Notes under the pieces: generated by a model
Databases searched by the model: none
What the model was told of the DNA's origin: nothing
Seen by the model: only the letters and a program-made list of their open reading frames with translations
Program-made: the position numbers and the translations under genes
Part shown: piece by piece, positions 8,585 to 18,850 of the stretch
How positions within the stretch are numbered: position 1 is the stretch's first letter
How the letters are laid out: every line of letters begins with the position of its first letter
IMG/VR virus record: IMGVR_UViG_3300027994_000009
Span: 1 to 46,743 of that record
Source: a virus
Taxonomy: Duplodnaviria > Caudoviricetes
Strand: one strand, 5' to 3'
Length of the DNA: 46,743 nucleotides

Positions 8585-10087
8585 TTAGTAAATTAAGCTA
8601 TCTATTGTGCCACTGTTGTATTCTGGTTCATCATCGTACGGTCTTGTGCTGGCTTGTGTCTGATAAGCAAGCGAGTCGCTAGCGTCATCGTTGGTAGCCT
8701 TTGGAAATAGTTTTAGCTCTTCTTCTACATCCTCACACTGATTAACACCATCAATTGTAATGTGATAGATGTTACCCCGCTCATATCGTGGGACTAGTGC
8801 TTCAATCCTAAGCTCTTTCTGAGTACCACCATGCTTTAGTAGCTCGATATACGGATACACACCCCTTGTCTTCATCTCCTGCTCCCATAGAGCTTTAAGA
8901 CCTTGAGTAAACTGATTGTCCTCTATGCCGATCTTATGCAGCCCATACCGCTGCCAGTTCGTAAACATCATATCTATGAGCTGGGTTGCACTCAGCTTCA
9001 CCCTATAACTAATGACATTCCAGTTACCATCTCGATCGACGAAGTTAATAGTGATGCCTACAAAGTCCTTACCTTGCTTGATGTCATCTCTACCCCTTGG
9101 GTCAATAGTCATAGTATTATAGGTTTCCATACCTTGGACATCTTTAAGATCTCGGTACTTGAACCACTCCTGTTTAAATTTCCTATTCTCTTCATCTATG
9201 GGTGTCTGTTGGTACAGTGCGCTAAACTCGTACGATCCCATTGCAGACTTCATGGTATTGAGCTTTTCAAGTGAAAACTTAGCAGGCCATAGTGGTTCGC
9301 CTTCTTTGCGATACTCGTCATCCTCTGTAGCGATAGCTTTGAACTGTACTATCTCCCAATCATCGTAAGGCTCACCTACCTTCTTTGATGCAGCAGCATC
9401 TCTCAGTACACGTCCTGCCAGGTCGTCTTCATGCCATCTCGTGAGGATAAATAGAATCATTGAATTGCCCTCTTGTCGTGTGTAAAAGGTAGACTGATAC
9501 CATTTATACCTAGATTCACGTACAACGGGGCTGTCTGCTTCCTCCCTGTTCTTGAATGGATCGTCAATGATGCCTATCTTGAATCCACGTCCTGTTAGAG
9601 CACCGCCTACACCCACAGCTGTATAGCCACCTTTTTTTCCTGTACGCCACTTACCTTTTGCTTTGGCATCTGGCATGAGTCTAGTATCAAACATAGTCTG
9701 GTATTCTTCACTATTCATAATAGCTCTCGTGTTTTGTCCAAAGTCCGTTGCTAGTTCATCTGAGTAAGAAGACGTAATAAACTGCATCTCCTCATCCTTA
9801 CCCAGTACCCATGAGGGGAACTTCTGAGTTACCTCTTCACTCTTACCATGTCGAGGAGGCATGAAGAACATGAGGCGCACGTTCTCACCAGCAAGCATTC
9901 TTTTATATCCATCCTCTAGCTTACGTGCGATGATCCTGTGAAACCACTCTAGTTGGTAGTTTGGATCAATAGCAATACAGTACTCGGCAAATGAGCCGTT
10001 CTGTGCAATCTCTTTAAGAATCGCTACGTTCTGCTCTTGCTCTAATAAGCTGTTCGGCTTGTTCTGCACTGATAGATACTCCCCCAC
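8585..10087 (-). CDS. terL: Terminase large subunit (start probably GTG at 10069)
   Basis: Walker A MPPRHGKS, Walker B IIDD, nuclease motifs TIDP and NDDASDSL; GGGGGAG precedes 10069. Confidence 0.92.
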   Translation of the reverse strand: MGEYLSVQNKPNSLLEQEQNVAILKEIAQNGSFAEYCIAIDPNYQLEWFHRIIARKLEDGYKRMLAGENVRLMFFMPPRHGKSEEVTQKFPSWVLGKDEEMQFITSSYSDELATDFGQNTRAIMNSEEYQTMFDTRLMPDAKAKGKWRTGKKGGYTAVGVGGALTGRGFKIGIIDDPFKNREEADSPVVRESRYKWYQSTFYTRQEGNSMILFILTRWHEDDLAGRVLRDAAASKKVGEPYDDWEIVQFKAIATEDDEYRKEGEPLWPAKFSLEKLNTMKSAMGSYEFSALYQQTPIDEENRKFKQEWFKYRDLKDVQGMETYNTMTIDPRGRDDIKQGKDFVGITINFVDRDGNWNVISYRVKLSATQLIDMMFTNWQRYGLHKIGIEDNQFTQGLKALWEQEMKTRGVYPYIELLKHGGTQKELRIEALVPRYERGNIYHITIDGVNQCEDVEEELKLFPKATNDDASDSLAYQTQASTRPYDDEPEYNSGTIDSLIY

Positions 10088-10412
10088 TTATGTTTTGGTC
10101 TACTTCTGTTTTCTCCACGTATCCGTGTTTTCCTGACAAAATAAGCTTGGCAATAGACGCGTTGTACCTATTAGCAAGCGCATTCTGTATCAACTTTTCG
10201 GCCTGTCTTGACCTCAGTTCCTTAACGATGTCAGAAAACTCTTCGTTTTCCTTTTCCCATTCGTATACTGTTTCACGTGAAATGTGTAGATATAAAGCTA
10301 AACCCTCAATCGTTGGAAGGAGGGTTGCAACTGATACATCAAAGGTTGTAAGAAATTTTTTAGCATCTTCAATCAGCTCGTTATTAAGTTTTGTAGGGCG
10401 TCCACCTACCAT
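10014..10412 (-). CDS. terS: Terminase small subunit (132 aa)
   Basis: GRPTK start, HTH (PTIEGLALYLHISRETVYEW), upstream of terL. Confidence 0.85.
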   Translation of the reverse strand: MVGGRPTKLNNELIEDAKKFLTTFDVSVATLLPTIEGLALYLHISRETVYEWEKENEEFSDIVKELRSRQAEKLIQNALANRYNASIAKLILSGKHGYVEKTEVDQNISGGVSISAEQAEQLIRARAERSDS

Positions 10413-11486
10413 TATCGGAGTACCGCTCCTGCTCTACTTTTCATTTCGTCTAAAAAGGGTTGAAACGATTCTCTGGTTTTCGTTAAATCGTCGATCTGTT
10501 TCTGAGATAGATCGAGAGCACCTACGTATATGAGTTGTTGGAGTTGGATATCCATATTCAACCACGACTGGCATAGATCGTTGAGCTTATCGTCTGGAAT
10601 TGACTTTAGATTAATCATTAAGAGTTTCACCCTCTATATCCAAAACAGACTTAGAATGGTCAAAAGGTGTAGGTAAAATATCCACAACATCGTATTGTAT
10701 AACGTCACCATCTTCAATAGCCTGTTCTAAAGTCTTGTCACCCCACATAAGCTTTAAACCTACAGACATTAAAGGCTATCATCCTCAGCTAAGATTGCTT
10801 TGGTCTTCGCAATAATCTGCTCGGGGTCTTCTTGCTTGATGCCCTGTTTGATTTGGCTTGCCCTGATTGTAAGACTGATAGAGTCACCCATTATTATTCT
10901 CCGTTAGATACTCGCATCATACCATAAGGATTATTGGTTGTCTACTACTTATTTCTTGATGTCAATGTCTTCGATACTAATATCCTTTGGGTCATAAGTA
11001 ACCGTCTCTTTACCGAATACTCGGCCATCTTTTATCTTTGTGATCTTAATGTCGGTTCTCTTGTCTCCATCCATGAATGTAAGGATCTGAGATTCTTTAG
11101 GATGTGTATCACGGTAGATAACGAGCTTTTGGATAAAGTCCTCACTTAAGTCACTTGTTAGCTCTATGGGGCGTTTCATAAGTGCATAATCCCCGCTATT
11201 ACAAACGCGAACAAAGCAAGCTCCGCTAACATAACAACCAAGAAAGTTGCAGCGAGTACTATTCCCATAGTTTTATCTTGTTTCATTATTCTATGTTCTT
11301 AACTTTCTTAGACTTTGGTTCTTTAGGTACATATCCGTCTGCAAACATACTCGTGCTTCGGGACTCTTCTAACTGGTATTCCCGTTGGATAGCTTCTATA
11401 AGCTCGTGTGTCTCGGCGTAGGGTTTAGATCCTAGGTAAGCGAGTACTTTGTTAACTAGTTCTGTAGTGATTGTAAATTCGTTCAT
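10412..11486 (-). other. Cluster of small hypothetical ORFs (10412-10630, 10949-11179, 11286-11486 and shorter ones)
   Basis: Tightly packed co-oriented ORFs. Confidence 0.5.
10916..10944 (-). promoter_or_regulatory. Sigma70-type promoter upstream of terminase block
   Basis: TAGACA-17-TATGAT with extended -10 TG. Confidence 0.55.
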
Positions 11487-14465
11487 GATTTCTCCTTATT
11501 GTTTTCTTGTTGTGACTTTGCAGAGCTTATGATTTCAAGTACCTGCTTGTAGTCAATCCATAATGTTCTACCGAAGTTTAGGAAGTTTCCACTCGTAGGA
11601 TGTGTTGGGTTTGGTAATGCTTCGATGATAACATCGAGGATGTCGTCAATAGTAGCCTCCATGTAGCTCGAGCTTTCCATCGGCCAAAGGTCATACATCA
11701 ACTCTTTTATTTCTTCTCTTAGCCCATTCACTCTTGGTTTCTCCCATACTTAGATAGTATCTTACTTTTCAGTTCTTCTACTGCATAGTACTCGTGTTCA
11801 GATTTGATCGCAGCGGCCAACGTGTTATACAGTTCTCTCTTCAACTTTTCGTCTACCATTACCTTATCGAGCAAAGGGTTAAGTCCAAGTCTAAGGATAT
11901 ACCTTACCCTGTCTTCAAAAACTTCGTCCTCTTCTCGTAATTCGTTAGAATTCATAGCTTAATCTTCCTTAGTTTTTCCTCAAGTACACGTATCTGATTA
12001 GAGGTTTTATCGTACTCTTCTCCAAGAAATTCGTACATAAGTGACGTATAGGCCATAGGGAACTCCTCTAAGTTTTGAGAAGTGAATATTCTAAAGTATA
12101 TACGTTTGAACTTGGGCATGTGCCTCAGGCGAATGCTCGCCATAAAGCCATTGATGTTAGATTTCCTCTTACGTAACTCTTCTAGTTCTTTCAGTGTAAT
12201 CTCTATGGGTATCGCGGTCATCTCTTCTCCTCTGTGTTGTAGAGAGCCTGAATGGCTTGCTTAGCTTTCTTTATATCTTCCTCAGTTTCTTCATCGCGCC
12301 CCTCATAACCTCCGTACTGATTAGCTGTTGCAATAACAAGATTCTCGAGGATTTGGTCTAGATTACTTTCTGTAGGCATTACAGGGGTGGAGTGTTCTTG
12401 TTCAATATGTTGTCTGAGATAGGCGTAGTCGTGACAAGAAAAATCACATTGCTTACATTTATTGACCATTATTCTGTTCCTCCTTAAATGTCTTACTTTC
12501 TACCTTCATCTTTAGAAACCTTGGTTCACCTTTATGTTCTCGCTCATTATGCTCATCTATTGCCTCCCTAACGCCTTTACGATAACCAGTGAACCAACAG
12601 AACCAAAGGAAGTTACTCACTATAAGGGCTATCAGCAAGAATGTCTGCATTACTTGTTCTCCTCTTTAGTCTGGAGGGCTTGAAGCTCCTGTTTTTTCGC
12701 TTCACAAAATACTTTAGCCTCTATGTAACCCATAGCACCCATAGTATTAGATAATTCCTGCACCGCCTTTATTTCCCTATCCCGAAGCAGCCAATTCAAG
12801 TCTTTCTTAAACTTCGTGAACCTTTCAGACTGTAATATCCACTCATCTTCGCCCATTAGGTTTATTAAGAACATATCTAACCGTCTTTCTTCTGTGTCTA
12901 TTATGTGAGTCATAAAACCCTTGCTCCGTAAAAATGATATGTGGCAACTTCACCGTCAAAATTAATAAGTCGAAAGTATAGGCTTACATTGTGTGCGTCT
13001 TCCACAGATGCGTCGCCAACAAGAGCAAATCCAGTGTCCATAGCTGGCGTACCTTCCATTTCAATCTCTTTTTCCCAACCACTAAAGTTGAAAACTGCTT
13101 TATATTTCGGCATCTTTCCTCCCTTCTTCTGATAAACCTAAATGTATCATCAGCCCCTTTAATAGTTGCCGATCTGATGTTAGATTGCTTGCCGTACTTA
13201 GTTTGTTAAGCTCCTCTCTTACTGATGCTTTTGATATGAAGTCTTGGTTTATGATAGCCATGATTTCACTAGCAGCACCAGATACATCATTGCTCTCACC
13301 TAAGAAGTTTAGTATCTCGTTTATTTCTCGCCTTGTGTCTTGTTGTGTCATTTAGTATCCTCCTCTAATCCTGCACGTTGTTTGCTACGGAGTAAATTAA
13401 ACTCGTTGTGCAAAGGTAGATCTTTAACGTCATCGTCCCCTATAATCCGTCTCACCTCGTCTTTAAACAGGGTATCTAAAGCTTCTAGGGCTTCATCGTT
13501 TAATATCCGTTTCATGTTTGTCACTGTGCCATTACCGTCTCTGTAAACATCATACGAAGAACATTTTTCGATAATAGTCCTAGCCTTGTCTTTAAAGTCA
13601 GACATTAGTGTTTCTCCTCTGTTAACTGAGATGCAAAACTCTGAAATGCTTCGTGCAGGGCTTCTACCATAGGTATTCCTGAGTCGTTGAGCTTCATGGC
13701 ATCAGTGGTAATCTTATAAATTGTTTCCCTCTTCGCCTGCTCCATATTTGTATCTATAATTGCTTGAATGGCCTCTTTAAAATCATCATCGTTTATCTCG
13801 TCATAGTGAATCTTTGCCCATATCTCTTCTAACTCAGTATTAACGTTTGTCATTAGATAGCCCCTTGATCTCTTTCCCTTTGGCTTGAATATAGCTAACA
13901 TTTACAGCCTTACGTGGCACTCCTTGAGGGTAGCTCAACATCGTGATCGCCTTGGACTCTAACTCATCAAGCAACTGTTCTTGTGCTTTGGTAATTTCGG
14001 ATTGGATAAGCTTGTCTATCTTTTTTACAGCTAGCTTCTTCATATTTGACCGATATAGATCTGGGTGTGGCATACCCCCCTGATTAGATGTCAAGTGAAG
14101 CACATTAGTTTTTGCAACTTTCTCGCCAGCATGGATGGATAATTCAGTTATTCTATCAATCTGCTCTTCTCTCGTAATATCAGCCATTACTTAGTTCCCC
14201 ATAGTGATTGACGTTGCTTATCTATCTGCCTGAAACCACCTTGTGCGAATGCGTCGTCGTAGCTGTCTACAGTGTCGAAGTCCATATCGTGGTGCGTAAT
14301 CATGTGCACTAGTAGGTGTTTATCTACTGCCTTTTTGATGGCTTTCCTTAACGTCTCTTCGGTGCGGTCATCCTTGGGGTCTGAACTATGTACCGATGTC
14401 CAACCTGCCCTCTCTCGGTAGTCGGAAAAGATAGCGTCTAGCTCTTTGTTAAAGTCTGTACTCAT
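11483..14465 (-). other. Run of 12 overlapping small ORFs (63-115 aa), several apparently paralogous
   Basis: ATGA/TAATG or short overlaps; recurring helical motifs. Confidence 0.65.
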
Positions 14466-14579
14466 GACTGTATCACTCCTAAAATCACAAGGGTTAATAC
14501 TACTAACACTGCTCCTGAGATCTCCATAGCTCCCTTACGTGGGGTTTGAATGTATCTTGGCTTGTAGTTAATACTTTTG

Positions 14580-14792
14580 CTACTCATGGAGGTCTTTCCC
14601 CTTTAGGTCGTTTAGTTTCTTCTTTCGGGCTTCTACACCTATGCGGCTAAAGGCTTTCTTTTCTTCTTCGGTCATAACACGTTTGCTTTTTTGGCCGCCA
14701 ACGCCACCTCTACGTTTGAAGAACATGGGATCTAGTCTCTTTTGTTCTGCTGCACGTACCTTGGCTGCTTCGCTTCGTTTGTTTTCTGTCAT
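14580..14792 (-). CDS. Small basic protein with KGG-like motifs
   Basis: FFKRRGGVGGQKS and AFSRIGVEA; ATG at 14792 follows upstream stop. Confidence 0.4.
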   Translation of the reverse strand: MTENKRSEAAKVRAAEQKRLDPMFFKRRGGVGGQKSKRVMTEEEKKAFSRIGVEARKKKLNDLKGKDLHE

Positions 14793-14793
14793 C

Positions 14794-15012
14794 TTATTTT
14801 TCCACCTTTTTAACATCTTCCATTGTCCAAGATCCGTTTACTGTCTTCGTGAAGAGTTCACCCCTTTTGAGGTAGAGAATCTCTGTAAACTTAACGTCCT
14901 TCCGCCTCGTTGTCTTTTTAGTACCTCCGAGAGAGTAACCATAGTTATGATCGATCTCTTCTTCTACGTCATTTGTTGTGTGTTGAACCTTTATAACCTT
15001 GATCTTACTCAT
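14794..15012 (-). CDS. Hypothetical protein (72 aa)
   Basis: Co-oriented ORF. Confidence 0.5.
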   Translation of the reverse strand: MSKIKVIKVQHTTNDVEEEIDHNYGYSLGGTKKTTRRKDVKFTEILYLKRGELFTKTVNGSWTMEDVKKVEK

Positions 15013-15168
15013 CTTATATTCTTTCTGGTGGGGTTATTCCCCTTACAATTTCTTTTACTGTCGCGTACTGGGTCTTGTACATAAGGGCTAGTTCTTCTAG
15101 ACAAAAGCCTTCTCTGAATAGTGATCTAATACGCTGCTTGTGGGTGAAGTGGATCTTAATAACGTTTC

Positions 15169-15558
15169 TCATAGGGTTGTTACCCATTCGCCGTTAACAA
15201 GCTCAATTCTCGGCCGTACAATCTGAGCAACTCTATCTTCATAACTGGAATGTCGCTCTACTTCGGCCTTGTAACGCTTCGTACGGCGTCTTAGCGCAGT
15301 AGGTGAGTATTCTATCAAACCTAGCTCATGGAGCTTTCTACGCGCCCTAGCTGCGGTCTCAGCATGCATTACTCGGGTAAGATTCCAGTACAGGCTCTTT
15401 GTTTGGTCAAAGCCTTGCTTAAGCCAGATCGCTTCGAGTAGTTTGTGCTCGTCGTCTTGAACGCCTTGGTTGTCCTTTATTACTTGGAGGACGTACTGTT
15501 CATTATTAGTAAGTTTATTCATTTTCTCGCCTTCCCGTATATGTAGCCAGCTATCCAA
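15169..15558 (-). CDS. Hypothetical, possibly winged-helix DNA-binding protein (likely start MNKLT)
   Basis: LTNNEQYVL and ETAARARRKLHELGLI pattern. Confidence 0.4.
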   Translation of the reverse strand: MDSWLHIREGEKMNKLTNNEQYVLQVIKDNQGVQDDEHKLLEAIWLKQGFDQTKSLYWNLTRVMHAETAARARRKLHELGLIEYSPTALRRRTKRYKAEVERHSSYEDRVAQIVRPRIELVNGEWVTTL

Positions 15559-15920
15559 CCGATTATGAAGAACACCCCAAGGAGTATTGATTTTGCTATG
15601 ACGCTATCACTCACAATCCAAACTCTCCTCTTTTTCTGCAGCAGCTTCATCGGCTTCTATCTGAGCTTGGGCACGCATCTTATCGTCTAAAAGTTCTCTA
15701 GTCTCGAAGTCCATTATTCATCCACCTCGATCTCATTTCCCTCGTCCCAACCACAATTCAAACATTCGGCGGAGCCTGTACCGTTATTAGTGATACCACG
15801 TTCTTCGTCGGCAGGGTCGCCGTAGCCACAGTTCGGGCATTCAGAATAGTCCATTACTCTTCCTCCTCTAATAGTTCAGCTAGTTTCTCACTTAAAGGGA
15901 GGATGTTGGTGTTAAAGAAG

Positions 15921-16139
15921 TTAAGCATTACCTTTTCCTCCAGATACAGAACTACCAAATTCTCTTAATATGTTTTCTAGATCAAGTTCTTCATACATGA
16001 CTTTCTTAATATTTTTGATTGCTTCTTTATCAATAGTCAAAGGGTCTATTGTTTTAGAATCTGCAACAATGGCGTGATTTATAATAGCTTCTAGCTTTCT
16101 ATCAAAATCTAAAGACGAACCCACGTTACGCCTCCACAA
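15921..16139 (-). CDS. Hypothetical protein (72 aa)
   Basis: ORF; resembles small-ORF family. Confidence 0.45.
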   Translation of the reverse strand: MWRRNVGSSLDFDRKLEAIINHAIVADSKTIDPLTIDKEAIKNIKKVMYEELDLENILREFGSSVSGGKGNA

Positions 16140-16284
16140 TCTTATTATTACGGTAGTCCCAACGACCCTCAGCCTTGGCTTCTTTTTCTGCTTGGGCTTT
16201 AGTAAGGATACGGTTAACGGATACCTTAGCTTGTTCGTGCTGGGCTTTTTGTTCTTCGGTGATGTTCCATTTAAGTTCTTGCAT
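16126..16284 (-). CDS. Hypothetical protein (52 aa, MQELKW...)
   Basis: GAAAGG RBS before ATG at 16284, just downstream of a promoter. Confidence 0.55.
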   Translation of the reverse strand: MQELKWNITEEQKAQHEQAKVSVNRILTKAQAEKEAKAEGRWDYRNNKIVEA

Positions 16285-16312
16285 GATAACCTTTCTTGTT
16301 AATCTACTTAGA

Positions 16313-16341
16313 AGTATACAGCAACGGTAAGCGAAAGTCAA
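16313..16341 (-). promoter_or_regulatory. Sigma70 promoter with 15-bp operator (16324-16338)
   Basis: TTGACT-17-TATACT containing ACTTTCGCTTACCGT. Confidence 0.8.
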
Positions 16342-16364
16342 ACAAATTAAATAAAAAGACCCGT

Positions 16365-16976
16365 TTAGGATCTCGTTACTTCGTCAAATATGTACTTACC
16401 AAAGTCTGGATGGACTGCGTTTCTTAGTAGCTTTCGCTGGTTCTTCGTGCCCTCTGGTAAGGTGATTCTGTACTCTGCCGCTAAAGTCTCCTTTGATTGG
16501 TCTGTGATGCGTCCAGCGTATCCACGGCTAAAGTTTGACTCGTTTATAGGCTTATTGCTCCATACAAGGTGTCTATCTATCACCGCAACAGGCGATACAA
16601 GGGGCTTGTAGTAAGGGATGACATTTTCGACAACCCAGTCGCCCTTATAGAACTGATCTAAAAATATGATCTCTTCATATAGCTTCATGTCAGGATACAC
16701 TGGCTTGCTCTTCACAAGGGACATTCTCATACGTGAGTGGCTTGGACATGGAGGACTTGACCATATAAAATCGAATTCTTTGTAGTGGTCTAAAAGGTAC
16801 TGGTGAGCATCTGCAACAATAATAGTATCATTTGGGTAGAGTGCTGCATAAGCCTCAGCAATATAAGGCTCAAACTCTACAGCCGTAACCTCATGTTCGT
16901 CACCCCAAAGATTTCTATTGCCGCCAATTCCTGCATATAGGTTAAGGATTCTCATCGCTCTAACCACTCGAACCAT
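16365..16976 (-). CDS. Compact DNA cytosine-5 methyltransferase
   Basis: Motif I LNLYAGIGG, motif IV SSPPC, motif VI VENV. Confidence 0.85.
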   Translation of the reverse strand: MVRVVRAMRILNLYAGIGGNRNLWGDEHEVTAVEFEPYIAEAYAALYPNDTIIVADAHQYLLDHYKEFDFIWSSPPCPSHSRMRMSLVKSKPVYPDMKLYEEIIFLDQFYKGDWVVENVIPYYKPLVSPVAVIDRHLVWSNKPINESNFSRGYAGRITDQSKETLAAEYRITLPEGTKNQRKLLRNAVHPDFGKYIFDEVTRS

Positions 16977-17090
16977 AGCTGCTCATAAGTAAGGTGTTTT
17001 CTCCCTACCCGTCTTAAACGGTATATTTGAAGGTCTAGTAGTGTAGCTTCTAAATCCATTGGGTTCTCCTTTTGTTATGTTCATGTATCT

Positions 17091-17201
17091 ATTGAGTAGA
17101 AGCGAGAGGGCTTTAGACCGCTGTCCTAAAGTTTACTACTAACCTCGTATACAAGGAGTTTCGTACGGTTGCCGTAGCTTTCCCTCACGGCTATACTCAA
17201 T
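17091..17201 (-). ncRNA. Stem-enclosed structured RNA, unit 1
   Basis: ATTGAGTA/TACTCAAT plus GAGGG/CCCTC closing stem; internal hairpins; boxA-like motif at 17203-17213. Confidence 0.6.
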
Positions 17202-17227
17202 CTTTTAATGTACCTTGGTTATAAGTT

Positions 17228-17320
17228 TGGGGAGTTGTAGGAATCGAACCTACTCATGAACAGTCCTTTTTCGCTATTTCTAGTTACTTGCCGTGTGCCT
17301 TCCCATCTGGCGCAACCCCC
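17228..17320 (-). ncRNA. tRNA-like element (unit 2) in outer stem 17217-17335; anticodon arm non-canonical
   Basis: Acceptor GGGGGTT/AACTCCC, D arm GCC-AGATGGGAA-GGC, T arm GTAGG-TTCGATT-CCTAC. Confidence 0.7.
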
Positions 17321-17350
17321 GTGTTTCCTATAACCTGTTTACTCTTGGAA

Positions 17351-17457
17351 GCTAGAAGCCGCTGTTGGCTGGAGTTTCACCGCCTTGCGTAACCTCTCGG
17401 TAACTGTATGCTCGTTTAAACGTCATCTCCCATCTAGTGGGTCACGTCACTTCTAGC
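17351..17457 (-). ncRNA. Stem-enclosed RNA, unit 3
   Basis: GCTAGAAG/CTTCTAGC stem; GAGA tetraloop; T-loop-like GG-TGAAACT-CC. Confidence 0.55.
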
Positions 17458-17463
17458 CTTTGT

Positions 17464-17550
17464 CTATATATAAGCATGGCTCATCATATACGTTTAGCTC
17501 GAAAGCCTTACGAAGCCGCAGATTACTCTTTTGGCAGCCCTCTTATATAG
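17464..17550 (-). ncRNA. Stem-enclosed RNA, unit 4
   Basis: TATATAAG/CTTATATA plus GGCT/AGCC; GCT-TTCG-AGC hairpin. Confidence 0.45.
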
Positions 17551-17552
17551 TT

Positions 17553-17618
17553 CGTTGCCAATAGTTCTGGCTCCAACATTACTTGTAAGCAGTAGCTATT
17601 ACGGTCTGATGGGCAACG
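17553..17618 (-). ncRNA. Possible stem-enclosed RNA, unit 5
   Basis: 7-bp CGTTGCC/GGCAACG ends, abutting unit 4. Confidence 0.3.
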
Positions 17619-17826
17619 TTCTTATTATACTGGACGTGGGAGCTTTAGTATTTCGAGGACTTCGGTTAGCTCGCTAATAAGCTGTTCAACTTCTTTCTTA
17701 TCTAGCCCAATACCTCCGACTACGGCGTAGTGGCCTTTGTGAATTTCAGTTATCATCCTCATTATATACTCCTTATAGTTCGTTAATCTTGGTCATCGTA
17801 TTCAGACTTTCCGTCTTCGAGGTTAT

Positions 17827-18120
17827 CTAGTCAGCGGTGGGGTCGATGTTTGGGATAGGGAAGTCGAAGTTCTTAAGTAACGCCATGGCTTTAAAGGCAG
17901 CCTCTCTGTCTTCATCGCTCACCCTATTACTTGCAACCATCGTCTTAAAAACAGAGTATAAATGTGCTTCAATCATTTGCTCTAGTATTTCAGCGGCTTG
18001 ACCCGTGCTTAGCTTCCATTGGCGCTCAAGCTCGTCTAACTCTCTCACTTTTGTCGTAAGTTCCTTTGCAAACGAGTGGATAGATTCCATAGGTGATAGT
18101 AGCTTAATCTCTTTACTCAT
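17827..18120 (-). CDS. Hypothetical helical protein inside the RNA array (97 aa)
   Basis: GAGGGAG RBS, clean ORF. Confidence 0.6.
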   Translation of the reverse strand: MSKEIKLLSPMESIHSFAKELTTKVRELDELERQWKLSTGQAAEILEQMIEAHLYSVFKTMVASNRVSDEDREAAFKAMALLKNFDFPIPNIDPTAD

Positions 18121-18146
18121 GTCTTCTGTATCTCCCTCTTAGTTTA

Positions 18147-18230
18147 ATTCAGTCAACGCAAGGCTATATAAGCCGCTTTCGCTCGTATCATCAATTGCGC
18201 GACGCTTATACAGCCATGTCTTAACTAAAT
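18147..18230 (-). ncRNA. Stem-enclosed RNA, unit 6
   Basis: 10-bp and 12-bp helices fully paired only with G-U on minus strand; GC-GAAA-GC. Confidence 0.65.
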
Positions 18231-18456
18231 CTTTAATCACAGAGTGCTAGCAACAATCCCTTAGCCACCACAGGAATGACCCTAGTGAACTAAACAGACA
18301 GCTCAGACTAAATAAGAGTCAGCTCTAGCATCTGTAATTGCAACTAGCTCGCTAACAGCAATCTACGTGGCTCGGTCATATTTCAAAACCGCAACATGTG
18401 ATTATTGGTGATGTCACCCGAGTCGGTTGCTACCAGCACTCTGTGATTAAAGATTT
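18227..18456 (-). ncRNA. Stem-enclosed RNA, unit 7 (230 nt)
   Basis: Perfect 22-bp inverted repeat 18227-18248/18435-18456 extended by AGCAAC/GTTGCT; boxA-like motif at 18454-18464. Confidence 0.75.
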
Positions 18457-18463
18457 TAATGTA

Positions 18464-18844
18464 CTACCACCAGTTACCAACGTCGTTACCGTTTATTGTA
18501 ACTCTCGACTGCCAAAACTGCATAGCCTTATTCCAGCTGCCGTACCGTGAGAGCATATAACGCTCCCAGTAGGCATCTTGGCAAGCATAATCAGTTCGCC
18601 AATTAGGACAATCTATTTCTAGCTGCCCGTTACAGTCCTGTCCTAATCCCTTACATCCTTGGCTATTCTCAGCATCAAGACGGTTGCTTGACTCCTTGAA
18701 ATAGATAAATGCCTTGGCCTCTGCTTCTTGTGTATCCTCGCTGAATACTGGTGAAGTGCTCAGAGGCTCTGTGACGACTGTTTGTATAGGTACTTCTACC
18801 GTCTTTGGTGTTTCAACAGTAGCGACGGTGTCTACTGGGCTTGT
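18464..18844 (-). CDS. Apf-like lytic-transglycosylase domain in -1 frame, no canonical start (not in ORF track)
   Basis: AKAFIYFKESS...GLGQ...YMLSRYGSWNKAMQFW...NWW* matches Apf/lysozyme-like pattern. Confidence 0.75.
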   Translation of the reverse strand, partial: TSPVDTVATVETPKTVEVPIQTVVTEPLSTSPVFSEDTQEAEAKAFIYFKESSNRLDAENSQGCKGLGQDCNGQLEIDCPNWRTDYACQDAYWERYMLSRYGSWNKAMQFWQSRVTINGNDVGNWW

Positions 18845-18850
18845 TTTGAC
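18798..18850 (-). promoter_or_regulatory. Candidate -1 frameshift signal: G-TCA-AAA, 6-nt spacer, H-type pseudoknot
   Basis: Stem 1 CAGTAG/CTACTG, stem 2 ACCGTC/GACGGT. Confidence 0.65.

Noticed and set aside
10014-10087. terS-terL frameshift fusion suggested by overlap
   Set aside because: A GTG with a good RBS at 10069 explains independent initiation
16285-16341. TTG-start extension of the 71-aa ORF
   Set aside because: That TTG is the -35 box; the RBS supports ATG at 16284
18170-18200. Hammerhead ribozyme in unit 6 (TTGATGA...GAAA)
   Set aside because: Core starts with U rather than C, and stems II and III cannot form properly
18227-18456. MITE or DNA-inversion element from the 22-bp inverted repeat
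   Set aside because: No target-site duplication, second copy or invertase; neighbouring units favour RNA structure
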